Source: Nemertoderma westbladi (lineage: Eukaryota > Animalia > Xenacoelomorpha). From it: a stretch of 35,486 bases of DNA. Below are positions 22,240 through 34,570 of this stretch, in pieces. Location of the stretch: NCBI GenBank assembly GCA_032718475.1, contig JAUCBJ010008646.1:1-35486 (forward strand), read 5' to 3'. Under the pieces are notes generated by a model, which ran no database searches, was not told where the DNA came from, and saw only the letters and a list, made by a program, of their open reading frames with translations. Positions within the stretch are counted from its first letter, which is position 1. Each line of letters opens with the position of its first letter. Both the position numbers and the translations under genes were made by a program.

Positions 22240-22354
22240 ATTTATATATATGATGGTTTTAACCATAAGTTGAAACCTCACACCATCTACCGAAAAACAC
22301 ATGATATCGAAGAATGTAAACGGATTGCATGGACACGTTTCCGTTTATCCTCTA
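22240..22354 (+). mobile_element. Left half of a decayed non-LTR retrotransposon ORF2 C-terminus (RTE-X-like)
   Basis: Encodes PHTIYRKTHDIEECKRIAWTRFRLSS and continues in frame at 30618. Confidence 0.65.
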
Positions 22355-24278
22355 CACACAAAAAACTGTCCTTGTCAAATATGCAAGAAATTTCTTGTCA
22401 AAGTATTGACTATAATATTCTTGTCAATATGACGTATATTTCTAGACACATTGACAAGAAAAATTATCATTATAAAAATGACAAGATTGGTTTGTCAATA
22501 TAGCAAGAATCATGACAAGATATATTGTCAATATAATGTAGAAGTGTTTGATTTGTCAATTTAGCAAGAAATCTTGGCCACATACATAGGCCTAATCATC
22601 AATATATTTATTATAATGTACAACAATGTTTATACTGTTAGTAGTTAATATATTAAGCCTCACCCAGATATATTGTTATGTCCTCAGTATCAGCATGTCT
22701 GGAAAGATTATAATAGATTTAAGAACCTGCCAACATCATGATCATTGATATTGATCATGATCAGTGCGTGCATGATCGTCAGATACTTCACAAGAAGTAT
22801 CCTAAATTGTCTTTCACACATACAGTATTATGACTGTATGAAGCTATTTGTTCCATTTAATAATGATAATGAATTTTTCAACGACCAAGGAAAGGAAATT
22901 CAACAGATTAATATTATAGAGAAATTTTTTATTTTCTATCCAAAACATTAAAAGGTTTACTGTAGTGGCACAGTTTAAAACACCATTAGAACATAGTTTG
23001 GATGGGTTCCCGGTTTCGGAGGAAGTTCCATAACCATATCAATCATATCTGTGCATTAGGTTAATTTTCTATGCATGGGTTTATATTACTGCTGTATTGG
23101 TTCAGAGCTGTTCTGTACATTATTTGGCAGGGATACTATAGATTCAAATTATTTTAGTATTCAATTGTTGTTAAATAGTATTATTGTCCAATAAGAAATC
23201 TTCACAAAAAAATACCGCCAAAACAACCATTATGCTGATCCTATCCAATCCAATGCTATATGTTTAATGTTTATGTTTTGTTTAATAGTTTGGGTATAAG
23301 AAAGCTAATGCTTATGGAACCCGTACACACCAAAAGAAAGTCCAACTGAAAGTAATTATAACAGTACCGGTAAGTAATTAAGTATTGCGACCAATACCGA
23401 CCATGTTTACGAAACAATAACAAAAACATATATAAAACAATTGGAACATAAAAGGACACAGTTAAATTAAAATAGTGTTCTTATAAAAATGGTTACTAAT
23501 AAAATGTCTTGCTTGCTAAAGGGTTAAAGTGACGTCTGTAAAATCACGAGTATACACAGCAAATTACATAACAGTCGATAAAGTCAGATACATACACTAA
23601 AAATTACAAATATACATTAGAATTACTAAACAAATTCAATAAAATGACAGTCTATATAGTATCACGAGTATACACAGAAAGTTACATATCAGTCGATAAA
23701 ATCGGATACAAGTATATCGGTTAGGGCTAATATCGATAGTTTAAGGGTTGGAAATAAAATATAAAATTAATTTAAAATATCAGATAATCCATAGCTATAA
23801 AAACAGTACGGTATGTAAAATAGATCAAGACATTTGAACACTTAAATTTACATGGATTAGCTAACACTACACGATGAGAAAATAAGTACACAGTTTAAGC
23901 TTTAAGGGTTAAAATAAAATATAAAATAAAATTAAAATATTCGATAAAATCGTTGTATAGAAACAGTTTGGTATGTAGAACTGATGGATTTAATTAAAAT
24001 AAAATATTGCATATGAATTGGATTATTTAAGAAATAACAAATAACAGTTGCACCATTTGGGTCTATTTAAAAATACGAACGATTGGTAAGAGATTATACT
24101 GTAAGTTACATAAAAATAAGTAGATCAAGTGAAAAATAAGTAGATAAGTAAAATAAGATAAAATGGAATGAAAGTTGGTGTTGTAATTAAAAAAAATTTT
24201 AAAATATATGATAGATAAAACAACGTTAATGTGATGAAAAAAAGTTGGTGATTATTAATGCAGGTAATAATACGTGGA

Positions 24279-26543
24279 TTATGTGAGGTTCCACCACGAG
24301 GGGGTGAATTTCAGGGGTAAATGTTTATAATGAGTGTTCAGCCTGGATTTGAAGGTGTTTAGCGAGGGTGAGGTGACTATATTATCGGTCAGTGCATTCC
24401 ATGGGTCAATGACCCGGAAGTGGAAGGTAGAGTTCCGTTGGAGTAATCTCGCACGTGGTTTCTGGAGTTTTAGGGAATGGCCGCGAGTACTGCTGGAGGA
24501 GAGAGTAAATAGATGGTCGACTGACTCCAGACCCGACAGATACCGATAGACCTGGACGAGGTCAGCGCGGTGGCGACGATACTCGAGGGTCGGGAGGCCC
24601 AGTTGCCGCAAACGAAGAGGGTACGGTGTGTCTCGCAGGTTGGCTACTAACCGAGTAGCTCGCCGTTGGACTGATTCAATCAGCCGTGTCTCTCCGATCC
24701 GATGTGGCGACCAGACAGTGGAGGCATACTCCAGTGTTGGTCGTACGAGGGCTTTGTAGAGATTGATGAAGATATCCCCATCCAGGTGCTTGAATGTCCG
24801 ATATATTAATCCAAGAGTTCGGTTTGCTTTTTTCACGATCGTTGCAATATGGTGGCCGAATGAAAGGTCATTTTGAAATATAACACCAAGGTCTTTTTCT
24901 TTGGATGTCCGTTCTAGAATGTGATCACCAAGTTGATATGGAAGGCAAGGGTTGTCGTATCCTATATGCATAATTTTACATTTTGTAAAGTTGAAACTCA
25001 ACTGCCACGTCAAACTCCAGTTGTAAAGAATATCTAAGTCCGATTGTAAGGGGCCAATCGCAGGGCATGGGTGTGCATTAAAAACTACTGAGTCCTTAGT
25101 GTCGTCCGCAAATAAATAAATTAAAAATCGAACAAGAGATGGTAGGTCATTCACGTAGCAGAGAAAGCAAAGCACAGCCGCCAGACTTCCTTGTGGGACT
25201 CCACTGCGCACTGCCAACCAATCCGAGAATTCTCCTTCAACAACCACCCTCTGCACTCGATCCGACAAGAAGTCTTCAATCCATCCTAGAAGGTTCCCTG
25301 CAAAGCCAAGAGATTCTAGTTTGTGTATTAACCTCTTATGGGGAACAGCATCAAAAGCCTTTGAGAAGTCCAAGTATACTATGTCAATACATTGTTTGTT
25401 GTCCACTGCCAGCGACCAGTTATAAATTACATCCAGCAATTGAAGTGTACAGGATCGACCCAATTGAAATCCATATTGTTGATTTGCCATTAAAACGTTT
25501 TCTTTTAGGTGAGTCCACATACCAGCAACCACAATTCGTTCCATTAATTTTGAGATTACAGAAGTTAAACTGACCTTTCTGTAGTTTTCGGGAGATGTCT
25601 TCTTACCTCGTTTGAATATGGGGGTTATATTGGCTTGTTTCCATTCGGTTGGTACTTTCGCAGCGTCCATAGATTGTTGAAACATCGTTGAGAGAGGTGT
25701 TATAAGTACAGGCGATAGTTCAACCAACATAATTGGATAAATTCCATCGGGGCCAGGTGCACTGGAAGAGTTAATTTTACCTATCGCTTCCAGTACAATA
25801 TCTGGGGTGAAATCAATGGTTACAAGTGGCGCATTGTATGTAGGGGTGTCCTGAACTGTGGGAATGGGGAGTATTTCACTAGTAGATATCAAGTGGTAGT
25901 GATTATTTAGAACTGTCGCTTTATCTTTGTTGTTAGTAACTAGATTGCCGGCCGTGTCGATGAGGTTGTGAACTGATGGCTTTATTGTTCGTTTTGAGTG
26001 AATGTATTTCCAGAACTCTTTAGGGTTTGTTGCAGCATTTGAAGCTGTTGCCTTTTCGTAGTTGTATTGTGCCTGGCGGACCTTTGAGGTACATTGATTA
26101 CGCATGGCTTTGTATTCATTGTACATTGTTGTTGATGGTGTTTTCGTATAGGAGTCCCATAATTTCCGTTTGATGCTAATCAACTGGCATATATTTTTAG
26201 ACATCCACTTCGGTTTCTTAGAACGCTTTCTAACTTTTGAATATGGAATGTTTCTTTCGCAAGACTCTATGAGGTTGGAATGTATAATTTTCCATGATTG
26301 TTGCACATCAAGTCGAGGTAATGACTCCACAGTTAGTTTATCCTGTAATTCCGATTTGATGATTGAGAAATCCGCCTTTTCAAATATTGGTTTTGAGCGT
26401 GTCGATATTGTTTTAGACATTAGTTTAAAACTGACATCGAATTGAAGTATTAGGTGATCACTTGCGCCTAGAGTGGGATGATATAGAGGCGGGTCCCCGG
26501 AAAGTTCATCATTTACCAGTATTATACTATATATCAGAGCCAC
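24279..26543 (-). mobile_element. 5'-truncated CR1-group LINE ORF2 (end of AP-endonuclease plus complete RT), nested in the EnSpm-like element
   Basis: 754 codons without a stop: LGASDH (endonuclease end), SAPGPDGIYP, WKQANITPIFKRG, NYRKVSLTS, QYGF, YLDFSKAFDAVPH, SGVPQGS, LFADDTK, KEKDLGV, LVRPTLEYASTVWSP, TRGHSLKL. An AT-rich 3' UTR probably extends below 24279. Confidence 0.93.
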
Positions 26544-29090
26544 TGCTATTAGTCAGAGTTCAGACCACGGTAGGTGGTAGGCAGTACTGCAGTAGGACAG
26601 GAGGGGGGAGACTCAGCTCAGACTGCATTGCTGACATTCATGACATTGGACATTCCGGCGTTATACTGTTATAGGCTGGCTGATAGGCCTATTTATAACG
26701 GCGCGAGGCAGCACACCATTACATCAGTACGTACGTACCCGTCTGCCCGTACAATAGGCCCTAATCAGCTAATACCTGAATACTGTAGGCCTACTGAATT
26801 TTTCATTCAACTTCTGAACTTAGGCCCTATGCCCTACAGCCCTATTTCTGTATTTTATAACAAAATGATTCTCTCCTGCTCCTCACTGCCTCAGCTCACA
26901 GGCTCAAGTCTGCAAGTCAGTCTTAAAACAGTTAAGTACCAGGCTGCCTGGCTGCCAGGTAGTCTACGGTACTCGTCTAACATGAATGAATACCTGATAT
27001 GCCTGAATACCCACTAAGCCGATGACAGTGTTCACTGCTGGTACTGATACTGTGATGTGATATGGTGATGGTCATGGGCCTATAAACTTCAGAACATCAG
27101 AACTTATATTTCTGATTTTGGTAAGTTCACAAACACTGAAACAGACAAATTTTACAGTTTTACCGGTCCGTAGTACAGTAGTACCGGTATTTATTTATTA
27201 GTTAGTACCGGGAGTATTTATTTATTAATTTACCGGTAGTACAGTAGTATAGTAACGGTCCGGTAGTATTTATTTATTTATTAGTTTAGTAGGCCTAGTA
27301 TTTTTTTATTAGTTTAGTACCGGTAGTATTTATTTATTAGTTCTGTAGTTTAGTAGTAGGCCTATTTATTTATTAGTGTAGTAGTCTGGTAGTATTTATT
27401 GACTTTTTTTAGCAGTTTAGGGGGCTTAGGCCCAGGCATGATGTTGACCGTATTACAGTACCGGTATTACTGTCAATATTATTTTGTATTTATATACAAC
27501 AACTACAAGTAGTGTGCAATTTGTTACAGGTCAGTGGAGGACATACCACAGATACATTTCCATTGCTGCACTATCCATGTATCAATGAATGCCGCTGTGT
27601 GGTGGAATGTACATCGGGCTAGAATGAGATGATCATATCAACGGTTCCTACCTTGCTCGAGATTTACTACCAGGGCTGACGTTTCTGTCACATCCTGACA
27701 TCAGCACATGGCTACCAGTAATGGAGTTACCTAACAGAAACTGCGGCCAACTGCAAATATTATCTTCAGGATTATTCTTCTGACGGCTTGGTCTGTTAGT
27801 GGCTGGCAATCTAAAACCTGTAGACCTGACAACTTTAGGAGCAAATTGGAGGCTGAAATCAGCCGTACCGGTACTCTAGTTGATTCGGATCCCGCAAATA
27901 CATTCAACTTTACTACAAGTTCTTTTGGATTGGCAGATTGGGTTGATTGTGGTCTAACCGGCTAACACTCTGACTGTTCCACAGCGGCTCTGTTTGTTTA
28001 TAGATCTTGCATGCCGGCCTTCCCATGATTGGCATCGTGTGTCGCAGTTCTACATAAAGCTTATTGGATTAATGAAACCACATACTCTATAATTCTAGAG
28101 TAAGTTAGGATATAGGCCTAATACTACCGGTATTGGAACTGATGGACTTCTAAATAATGCCTCTCAGTGTACCCTCTAACTCATAAGTGATTTCCAGTGT
28201 TTAATTAATCAGTAATTTATTTCTAGTATTTAATTTTAAAGTCAATTATTATTTATAATTCGAACAGTATTATGGCAAGAAATCATGGTCTTACGAATGG
28301 CAGAGACACACTCAAAAATTTAACCTAACATTTCACTATTTTATTGTTAATTTGAGTTCCTGACAGCGTATTTTTCAAAATGTTCACTGGGAAAAGTTTC
28401 TACTTGTTTGTTCGAAAAATTGCTACTGCTGTGTATCGCTAATTTAATTTTCTACTTGATTTCTGTATTAATTTATTAAGATTTAAATATCATGGCGGCA
28501 GGTGGGCCAGGCCATCATCGGTCACTGTGGTTCGGTTGGCAGAAACAGACTAAATCCATTATGGGTAGCATGTGCGAATGTTGGTAGTATTAAATTTGTA
28601 ATTTATCAAAGTTTGAATTTCAAATTGTACAGAAAATTTGCATTTTTCAATATTCGCTATTTCCTATTTAGAAATATGGCTTTACAATTTTTAGAAATTG
28701 TGATTTTATTTATTTATAGATTTAATTCACATTTTTATTCATTATGGTTAGTTTTGGTTTTTATGATAAATATTATGGTTATATATATATATATAAAGCA
28801 AGAATAGTTATTGGGGTGTATTTAGGCAGTTATGTGATTAAAATTAAAAAATTGACCCACCATTTTTAGGTTAGTAGGTCAAAATATATGTTTCAAATAC
28901 AATACTATTTTGTTAAGATGTGTATTATAATTTGTACCAATAAATTAAGTAAGTTGTTTAAATTTGTTTAGGGTTTGGTAATTCGATGATTTGAACCATG
29001 AAATGTATTTATTCGCTTGACCAAACGGACTGACAAATAATGTATATTCGCCTGACGAAGTGAGCAAATTTACTCCCCAACGAAAATATA

Positions 29091-29403
29091 TATTACAGAT
29101 AGGGGGGGAACTGGACGCAATAAAAATTCATCCCTCTCCAGGGGAAATTGGACGAACAGATGAGACAGAACAGATGAATTGAACGAAGAGGGGAAACAGA
29201 TGATTAATAATTGATTAATATGATTAATGATTAATAAATCTCAAAAATAAAACCTGTTCTATTGTATTTAGTTTATTGTTTTGGTTAAAATAACGTTCCA
29301 CTGTAACCTGCTCCTTTCCCTAAATTGAGAATTTAACATTGATGCGGTATATTAATTCGCCAAGGCGGGTGTTGCGTCCAGCCCCCCCCCCCTGTCTCTT
29401 ATA
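29091..29403. mobile_element. MITE with G-run-containing terminal inverted repeats
   Basis: Left TATTACAGATAGGGGGGGAACTGGACGCAA versus reverse-complemented right TATAAGAGACAGG(G)nCTGGACGCAA. Internal 29271-29336 matches 2886-2952 in inverted orientation. Confidence 0.65.
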
Positions 29404-29405
29404 TG

Positions 29406-30009
29406 AACTTGCCCAAACGGGCAAGTTAAATATATTAGCTTGCCAAAATGGGCAAGTTATATTTTAACTTGCCCAAACGGGCAAGTTAAATATATTAGCT
29501 TGCCAAAATGGGCAAGTTATATTTTAACTTGCCCAAACTGGCAAGTTAAATATTATGGCTTGCCAAAATGGGCAAGTTATATTTTAACTTGCCCAAACTG
29601 GCAAGTTAAATATAATGGCTTGCCAAAATGGGCAAGTTATATTTTAACTTGCCCAAACTGGCAAGTTAAATATAATGGCTTGCCAAAATGGGCAAGTTAT
29701 ATTTTAACTTGCCCAAACTGGAAAGTTAAATATAATGGCTTGCCAAAATGGGCAAGTTATATTTTAACTTGCCCAAACTGGCAAGTTAAATATAATGGCT
29801 TGCCAAAATGGGCAAGTTATATTTTAACTTGCCCAAACTGGAAAGTTAAATATAATGGCTTGCCAAAATGGGCAAGTTATATTTTAACTTGCCCAAACTG
29901 GCAAGTTAAATATAATGGCTTGCCAAAATGGGCAAGTTATATTTTAACTTGCCCAAACTGGCAAGTTAAATATAATGGCTTGCGAAAATGGGCAAGTTAT
30001 ATATTAACT
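29406..30009. repeat. 60-bp tandem array (10 units), each made of two related 30-bp palindromic halves
   Basis: Unit AACTTGCCCAAACTGGCAAGTTAAATATAATGGCTTGCCAAAATGGGCAAGTTATATTTT; each half contains CTTGCC...GGCAAG inverted arms. Confidence 0.95.
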
Positions 30010-30615
30010 ACCTATATACTTATTTACTATCAGCATTAACTATACAGAAAGCAAATTTTTGTATTCCGTTACAACTACAAATGAAGATGAAACAGTTGAG
30101 GTTGTAAAAAGTATTGAAACGCAGCAGAGGAATATCCGCCGTTTTTTAATTATTATTAAGTATGCTATTTAGAGTTGCCTTTAATTGAATTGTTATTAAT
30201 TCATAATTATTATTCTCATGCAATAAATATCTGCCTTTGTTTATAAAGATATTATAATGTAAAATAATTTCATTACGAATAGATTTCTTTCTTTATTATA
30301 TTATTGAGGTTTCACCATGTGGTGTGTGTTGTACAAGAAATTATATAATTAATATCCGGTGATTTTGACAAGAATATTTGTCAATAAAATTGGCTATATT
30401 TATAGCCAAAATGGAAAGAATTTTGCAGATTTAACAAGATATTCTTGTCAAGGATTGCAAGTATTCTTGTCAATACAACCAGAAATTCTTGCCAATTATA
30501 ATGACAAGAAATTCTTGCTAATTTGACAATCAGATTTGTGGCTAACTATTGACATGGGATTCTTGTCATTTTGAACATTTTTTTTTGTCAAATTGACAAG
30601 ACACTTTTTAGAGTG

Positions 30616-30740
30616 TACTAATCTCGCTGTCAAAAAAGAACGTTGTTCGAGAATTCCTAGCGATCGCAGGCTTTGTCTGCAAATGTGGCATTCCATAAAC
30701 AGAACTGCATGTCGCAGTAGATTGTCCATAGGTCCGTCCA
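30616..30740 (+). mobile_element. Right half of the decayed non-LTR ORF2 C-terminus with a CCHC-type motif
   Basis: NLAVKKERCSRIPSDRRLC, then after a frameshift CKCGIP*TELHVAVDCP. Confidence 0.65.
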
Positions 30741-30799
30741 CACTTACCTCCCAACTCCATACTCCCGCATACTGATTGCTTTCTTGAGTGAGAATGATT

Positions 30800-31468
30800 C
30801 CTTTGAGGTCAATTTTGACCTCAGTTAAATGAGAGGTTTGGCAATGACCGCAATGACGGATTTAGTTGGTGTAGACACCTTCAAAACAAGCATAGAGCGA
30901 ATAGTTTTTGAGATATTGCAGATAATATGAAGTCCGGCAGAAGTCAACATTAGTGCCTTGATGCGATATTACAAATACCTGACAAATATCTCAAAAACTA
31001 TTCGCTCTATGCTTATTTTGAAGGTGTCTACAACAACTAATTCAGTCATTGCGGTTCTAAATGAGCATAATATCAATGCAGTAGGAATACTAGAAGTTGA
31101 TCATCACAAAATTGGGAATATGACTCACTTGTGCCAAGGGTGGGAACTAGCCATGTGCTTTTGGGAATATTTCCTGTCATCTCCAAATCAAAATTTTGGT
31201 ATCTATTTGAGTTGATATTGAATGGTACAGGTACAAAACACGATGAGGTGAAATTTGACCTCAAAGTCAATATGTGTAGGCCCCTATAAATTGTAAAATT
31301 GAATAGACCCCCTTGCAAATTTTTAAATTTTTGTTTTTCTAATTGAGAACTACTATAAAATATTAAATGTCACAACATTTCGAGAGAAAATATCAATGTG
31401 TGATAAAATTGTGTAAGTTTAAATCTTCGATGGGTCAAAAATGACCTCAAAGAGAGCACAAGGGTTAA
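30800..31468. mobile_element. piggyBac-like non-autonomous remnant containing a 71-bp-arm inverted repeat
   Basis: Right end GGGTCAAAAATGACCTC...CACAAGGG-TTAA (31465-31468). Related GAGGTCAATTTTGACCTC palindromes near 30805 and 31245. A clean left TTAA-CCC end was not found. Confidence 0.45.
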
Positions 31469-32351
31469 ATCGACTGCAGTTTTCAAGCCTGCCTCTAGGC
31501 TGGTGTAAAGTGATCAAGGGCATCTGCTTAGATTTTGCTTATTTTTCTTTCAAGATTACACTTACATAAGTTTATATCACGTGCTGCGCGAAGGACCCAC
31601 TTCAGTTATAATATGGTTAAGGTTATAAGTTACAACAAATTATAGCTATGGATACCAGCGCAAGCAACCCTCAGCGCCAAGCCTTTTAGCTGGCTCCCAA
31701 TCTACAAACAATTAGACAATGGATCAACAACAAACAATCCACCCTGGTAGCCAATGAGAGAACCTCGAGCTTTCGAGTATTTTTAGTAATTATAGGTAGG
31801 TAGGTATATTAATGTCATGTAGTATTATAGAATTGGACCAAATGGAATGGTGGGGAGTCAGGTCAGGTCAGTGGGCAGGAATATGTGAATCCAATAATAT
31901 TGATTACCAACAATATTATTATTAATTAATTCTGAGCAAGACGAGTGAACAATATATGTCTGGGGGGGCAGTGAGACTTCTCTGGGGGGGCAGTGCGTCC
32001 AAAGCCCCCCCGCACGATACGGGCCTGGTAAGACCATCAATAGCCCCATAACACGAAAATTGCCATAGACTCAATGATAGAAATACCAGCTAGTGCGGGC
32101 GGATAGGCCCAAACTATAGAGAAGTATTTTACTTGCCAAGATTTAGTAAGGTTGTGTTTACTCACTCACACAGACAGTAATCAAACATCAACCGTTTATA
32201 AAGTATTACCCGGTCAGCTGAATAACTCTTCCCAGTGAATCCTATAGAAATATCTATAATGTTACTCACTGATGTTAAATGGTAGGCCAGCTGATTGAAT
32301 TAATATTATAAGCACAGGGCCGTTAATTAATTATTATTAGGGCTGCATTAA

Positions 32352-33178
32352 CCCTATTCCACCTGGGGTTGGGCAGAATCTGCCCAACACTTTTTATTTT
32401 TAGAAATTCATGATGATGATTTTTATGTATTATTATGAAATTCATTGACTTTTCCTAGAATTTAATTGGCTTTCTGATGGTAACAAAATATTTTTTTCAT
32501 CATTTATACTTTTTGTGCTATGGTGTGTTTTTCTTATCATAGTCACATTTTTTTATTATAATATCTTTATTAGCCTAACTGGTAGAAAAGATAATCCCTG
32601 GTTGGATAGTTCCCCTGGTCAACAAGCTAGAATACAACCAATTACGGTCCAGGACATTCACTTGGCTGGGTTGTAAAGTTTAATTCAAACACGAGATTGT
32701 CTACTGCTTGGATTAGTACACATCAATCACATTATTTTTTAATAACAAAATACTAAACGGACAGATAAGCAAGCAATAAGTCTACTAGGATAAAACAACA
32801 ACCACCATATTCCTAATGTAATAGAGCAGACATAAACAGAGGTGAATAAATCTATTCAATAACAGCACCCCTGCAAGCAAAATTTTCACTTGGGATGTCT
32901 GGCAGAGTTAGGCAGACAGTGGTGTTGGGAGGAGTATTATCTCATCTTTTTACTATAATGGGTTATCTTCATGATAATTAATTTATATGGATATATTATT
33001 TAAAATTATGAATATATAAAACTCAGAACAGATGCATTATATATTTTTCTATAAACCTGCGAAAATTTGGAAAGTTTTGATAAAATTATCGTTTCTTTTT
33101 AGTGTATAATAAACTGTTGGGCATATTATGCCCAACCCCAGGTGGAATCTCGGACAAAAGAGCCCAGGTGGAATAGGG
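32352..33178. mobile_element. Complete 827-bp non-autonomous piggyBac element
   Basis: TTAA duplications at 32348-32351 and 33179-33182. Perfect 16-bp TIR CCCTATTCCACCTGGG. Asymmetrically spaced internal palindromes GTTGGGCA...TGCCCAAC at both ends. Confidence 0.9.
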
Positions 33179-33419
33179 TTAAAATGGGTCAGGCCTGCCT
33201 AATAATGCCCCTAAGCCAACTCTCTATGTATCCCTTTGCCACAGCTGTCAATGAATGTCTATATACATTTAATTTCGCGACAAAATACGAAATATATCGA
33301 ATACCACACATAGAATTGATCTGAAATTTTATAACGCGATTATGAACAACCAAAACAATGTACTTGCAAAATTTTATCAAAAAAGCTATGTAGGAAGTGT
33401 ACGAAACTGCAATTCTGGT

Positions 33420-34296
33420 ATATGGATAGATAGCATATGGATAGATAGCATATGGATGGATAGCATATGGATAGATAGCATATGGATAGATAGCATATGG
33501 ATAGATAGCATATGGATAGATAGCATATGGATAGATAGCATATGGATAGATAGCATATGGATAGATAGCATATGGATAGATAGCATATGGATAGATAGCA
33601 TATGGATAGATAGCATATGGATAGATAGCATATGGATAGATAGCATATGGATAGATAGCATATGGATAGATAGCATATGGATAGATAGCATATGGATAGA
33701 TAGCATATGGATAGATAGCATATGGATAGATAGCATATGGATAGATTGCATATGGATAGATAGCATATGGATAGATAGCATATGGACAGATAGCATATGG
33801 ATAGATAGCATATGGATAGATAGCATATGGATAGATAGCATATGGATAGATAGCATATGGATAGATAGCATATGGATAGATAGCATATGGATAGATAGCA
33901 TATGGATAGATAGCATATGGATAGATAGTATATGGATAGATAGCATATGGATAGATAGCATATGGATAGATAGCATATGGATAGATAGCATATGGATAGA
34001 TAGCATATGGATAGATAGCATATGGATAGATAGAATATGGATAGATAGCATATGGATAGATAGCATATGGATAGATAGCATATGGATAGATAGCATATGG
34101 ATAGATAGCATATGTATAGATAGCATATGGATAGATAGCATATGGATAGATAGCATATGGATAGATAACATATGGATAGATAGCATATGGATAGATAGCA
34201 TATGGATAGATAGCATATGGATAGATAGCATATGGATAGATAGCATATGGATAGATAGCATATGGATAGATAGCATATGGATAGATAGCATATGGA
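33420..34296. repeat. 15-bp minisatellite (ATATGGATAGATAGC)n, about 58 units
   Basis: Near-perfect 15-bp period with scattered single substitutions. Confidence 0.97.
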
Positions 34297-34570
34297 ATGG
34301 ATACACTATAGAATATGGCTATATATATATATATCCCTCACTGACAATTTTTTCGGACAGTAACAATCGCCCTGCTCTTTGAGCGGGCTCCTAATAACAT
34401 TATTTATGACATCATTATGACATTATTTATGTACCGTTTATAACTTACCGTTTATTTATTAAATAGCTTTATATTAGTTTTTATGATGGACCAATATCAT
34501 TGATTCATTAATCAAGATACCGTATTTCTGTGGTGCTATTTGGTCAATATTATTACTAATACAACAATAA

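Larger units (their letters stand above)
22355..30615. mobile_element. 8,261-bp CACTA/EnSpm (CMC)-like DNA transposon, apparently non-autonomous, with nested insertions
   Basis: Left end CACACAAAAAACTGTCCTTGTCAAAT versus reverse-complemented right end CACTCTAAAAAGTGTCTTGTCAATT. TA duplication at 22353-22354 and 30616-30617. Both ends carry about 230-250 bp of CTTGTCAA/TTGACAAG subterminal repeats. The flanks rejoin into one reading frame. Confidence 0.8.

Noticed and set aside
24334-26445. Plus-strand ORFs overlapping the CR1 ORF2, and similar antisense ORFs over the RTE copies and Roco exons
   Set aside because: Shadow frames of real coding sequence with no recognisable motifs.
29392-29403. 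CTGTCTCTTATA matches the first 12 nt of the Tn5/Nextera mosaic end
   Set aside because: It diverges immediately afterwards (TGAACT, not CACATCT) and is explained as the right TIR of a MITE.
29440-30039. 199-aa repetitive ORF (LPKWASYILTCPNWQVKYNG)n
   Set aside because: Translation of a 60-bp DNA array whose conserved property is palindromy, not coding.
31960-32027. Possible hAT-type terminus (...GCCCCCCCGCACGATACGGGCCTG)
   Set aside because: No partner terminus or 8-bp duplication was found, so it is not listed as a feature.
33342-34382. 346-aa (IWIDS)n ORF and 306-aa antisense (MLSIH)n ORF
   Set aside because: By-products of a 15-bp minisatellite whose length is a multiple of three; no non-repetitive domain or splice support.
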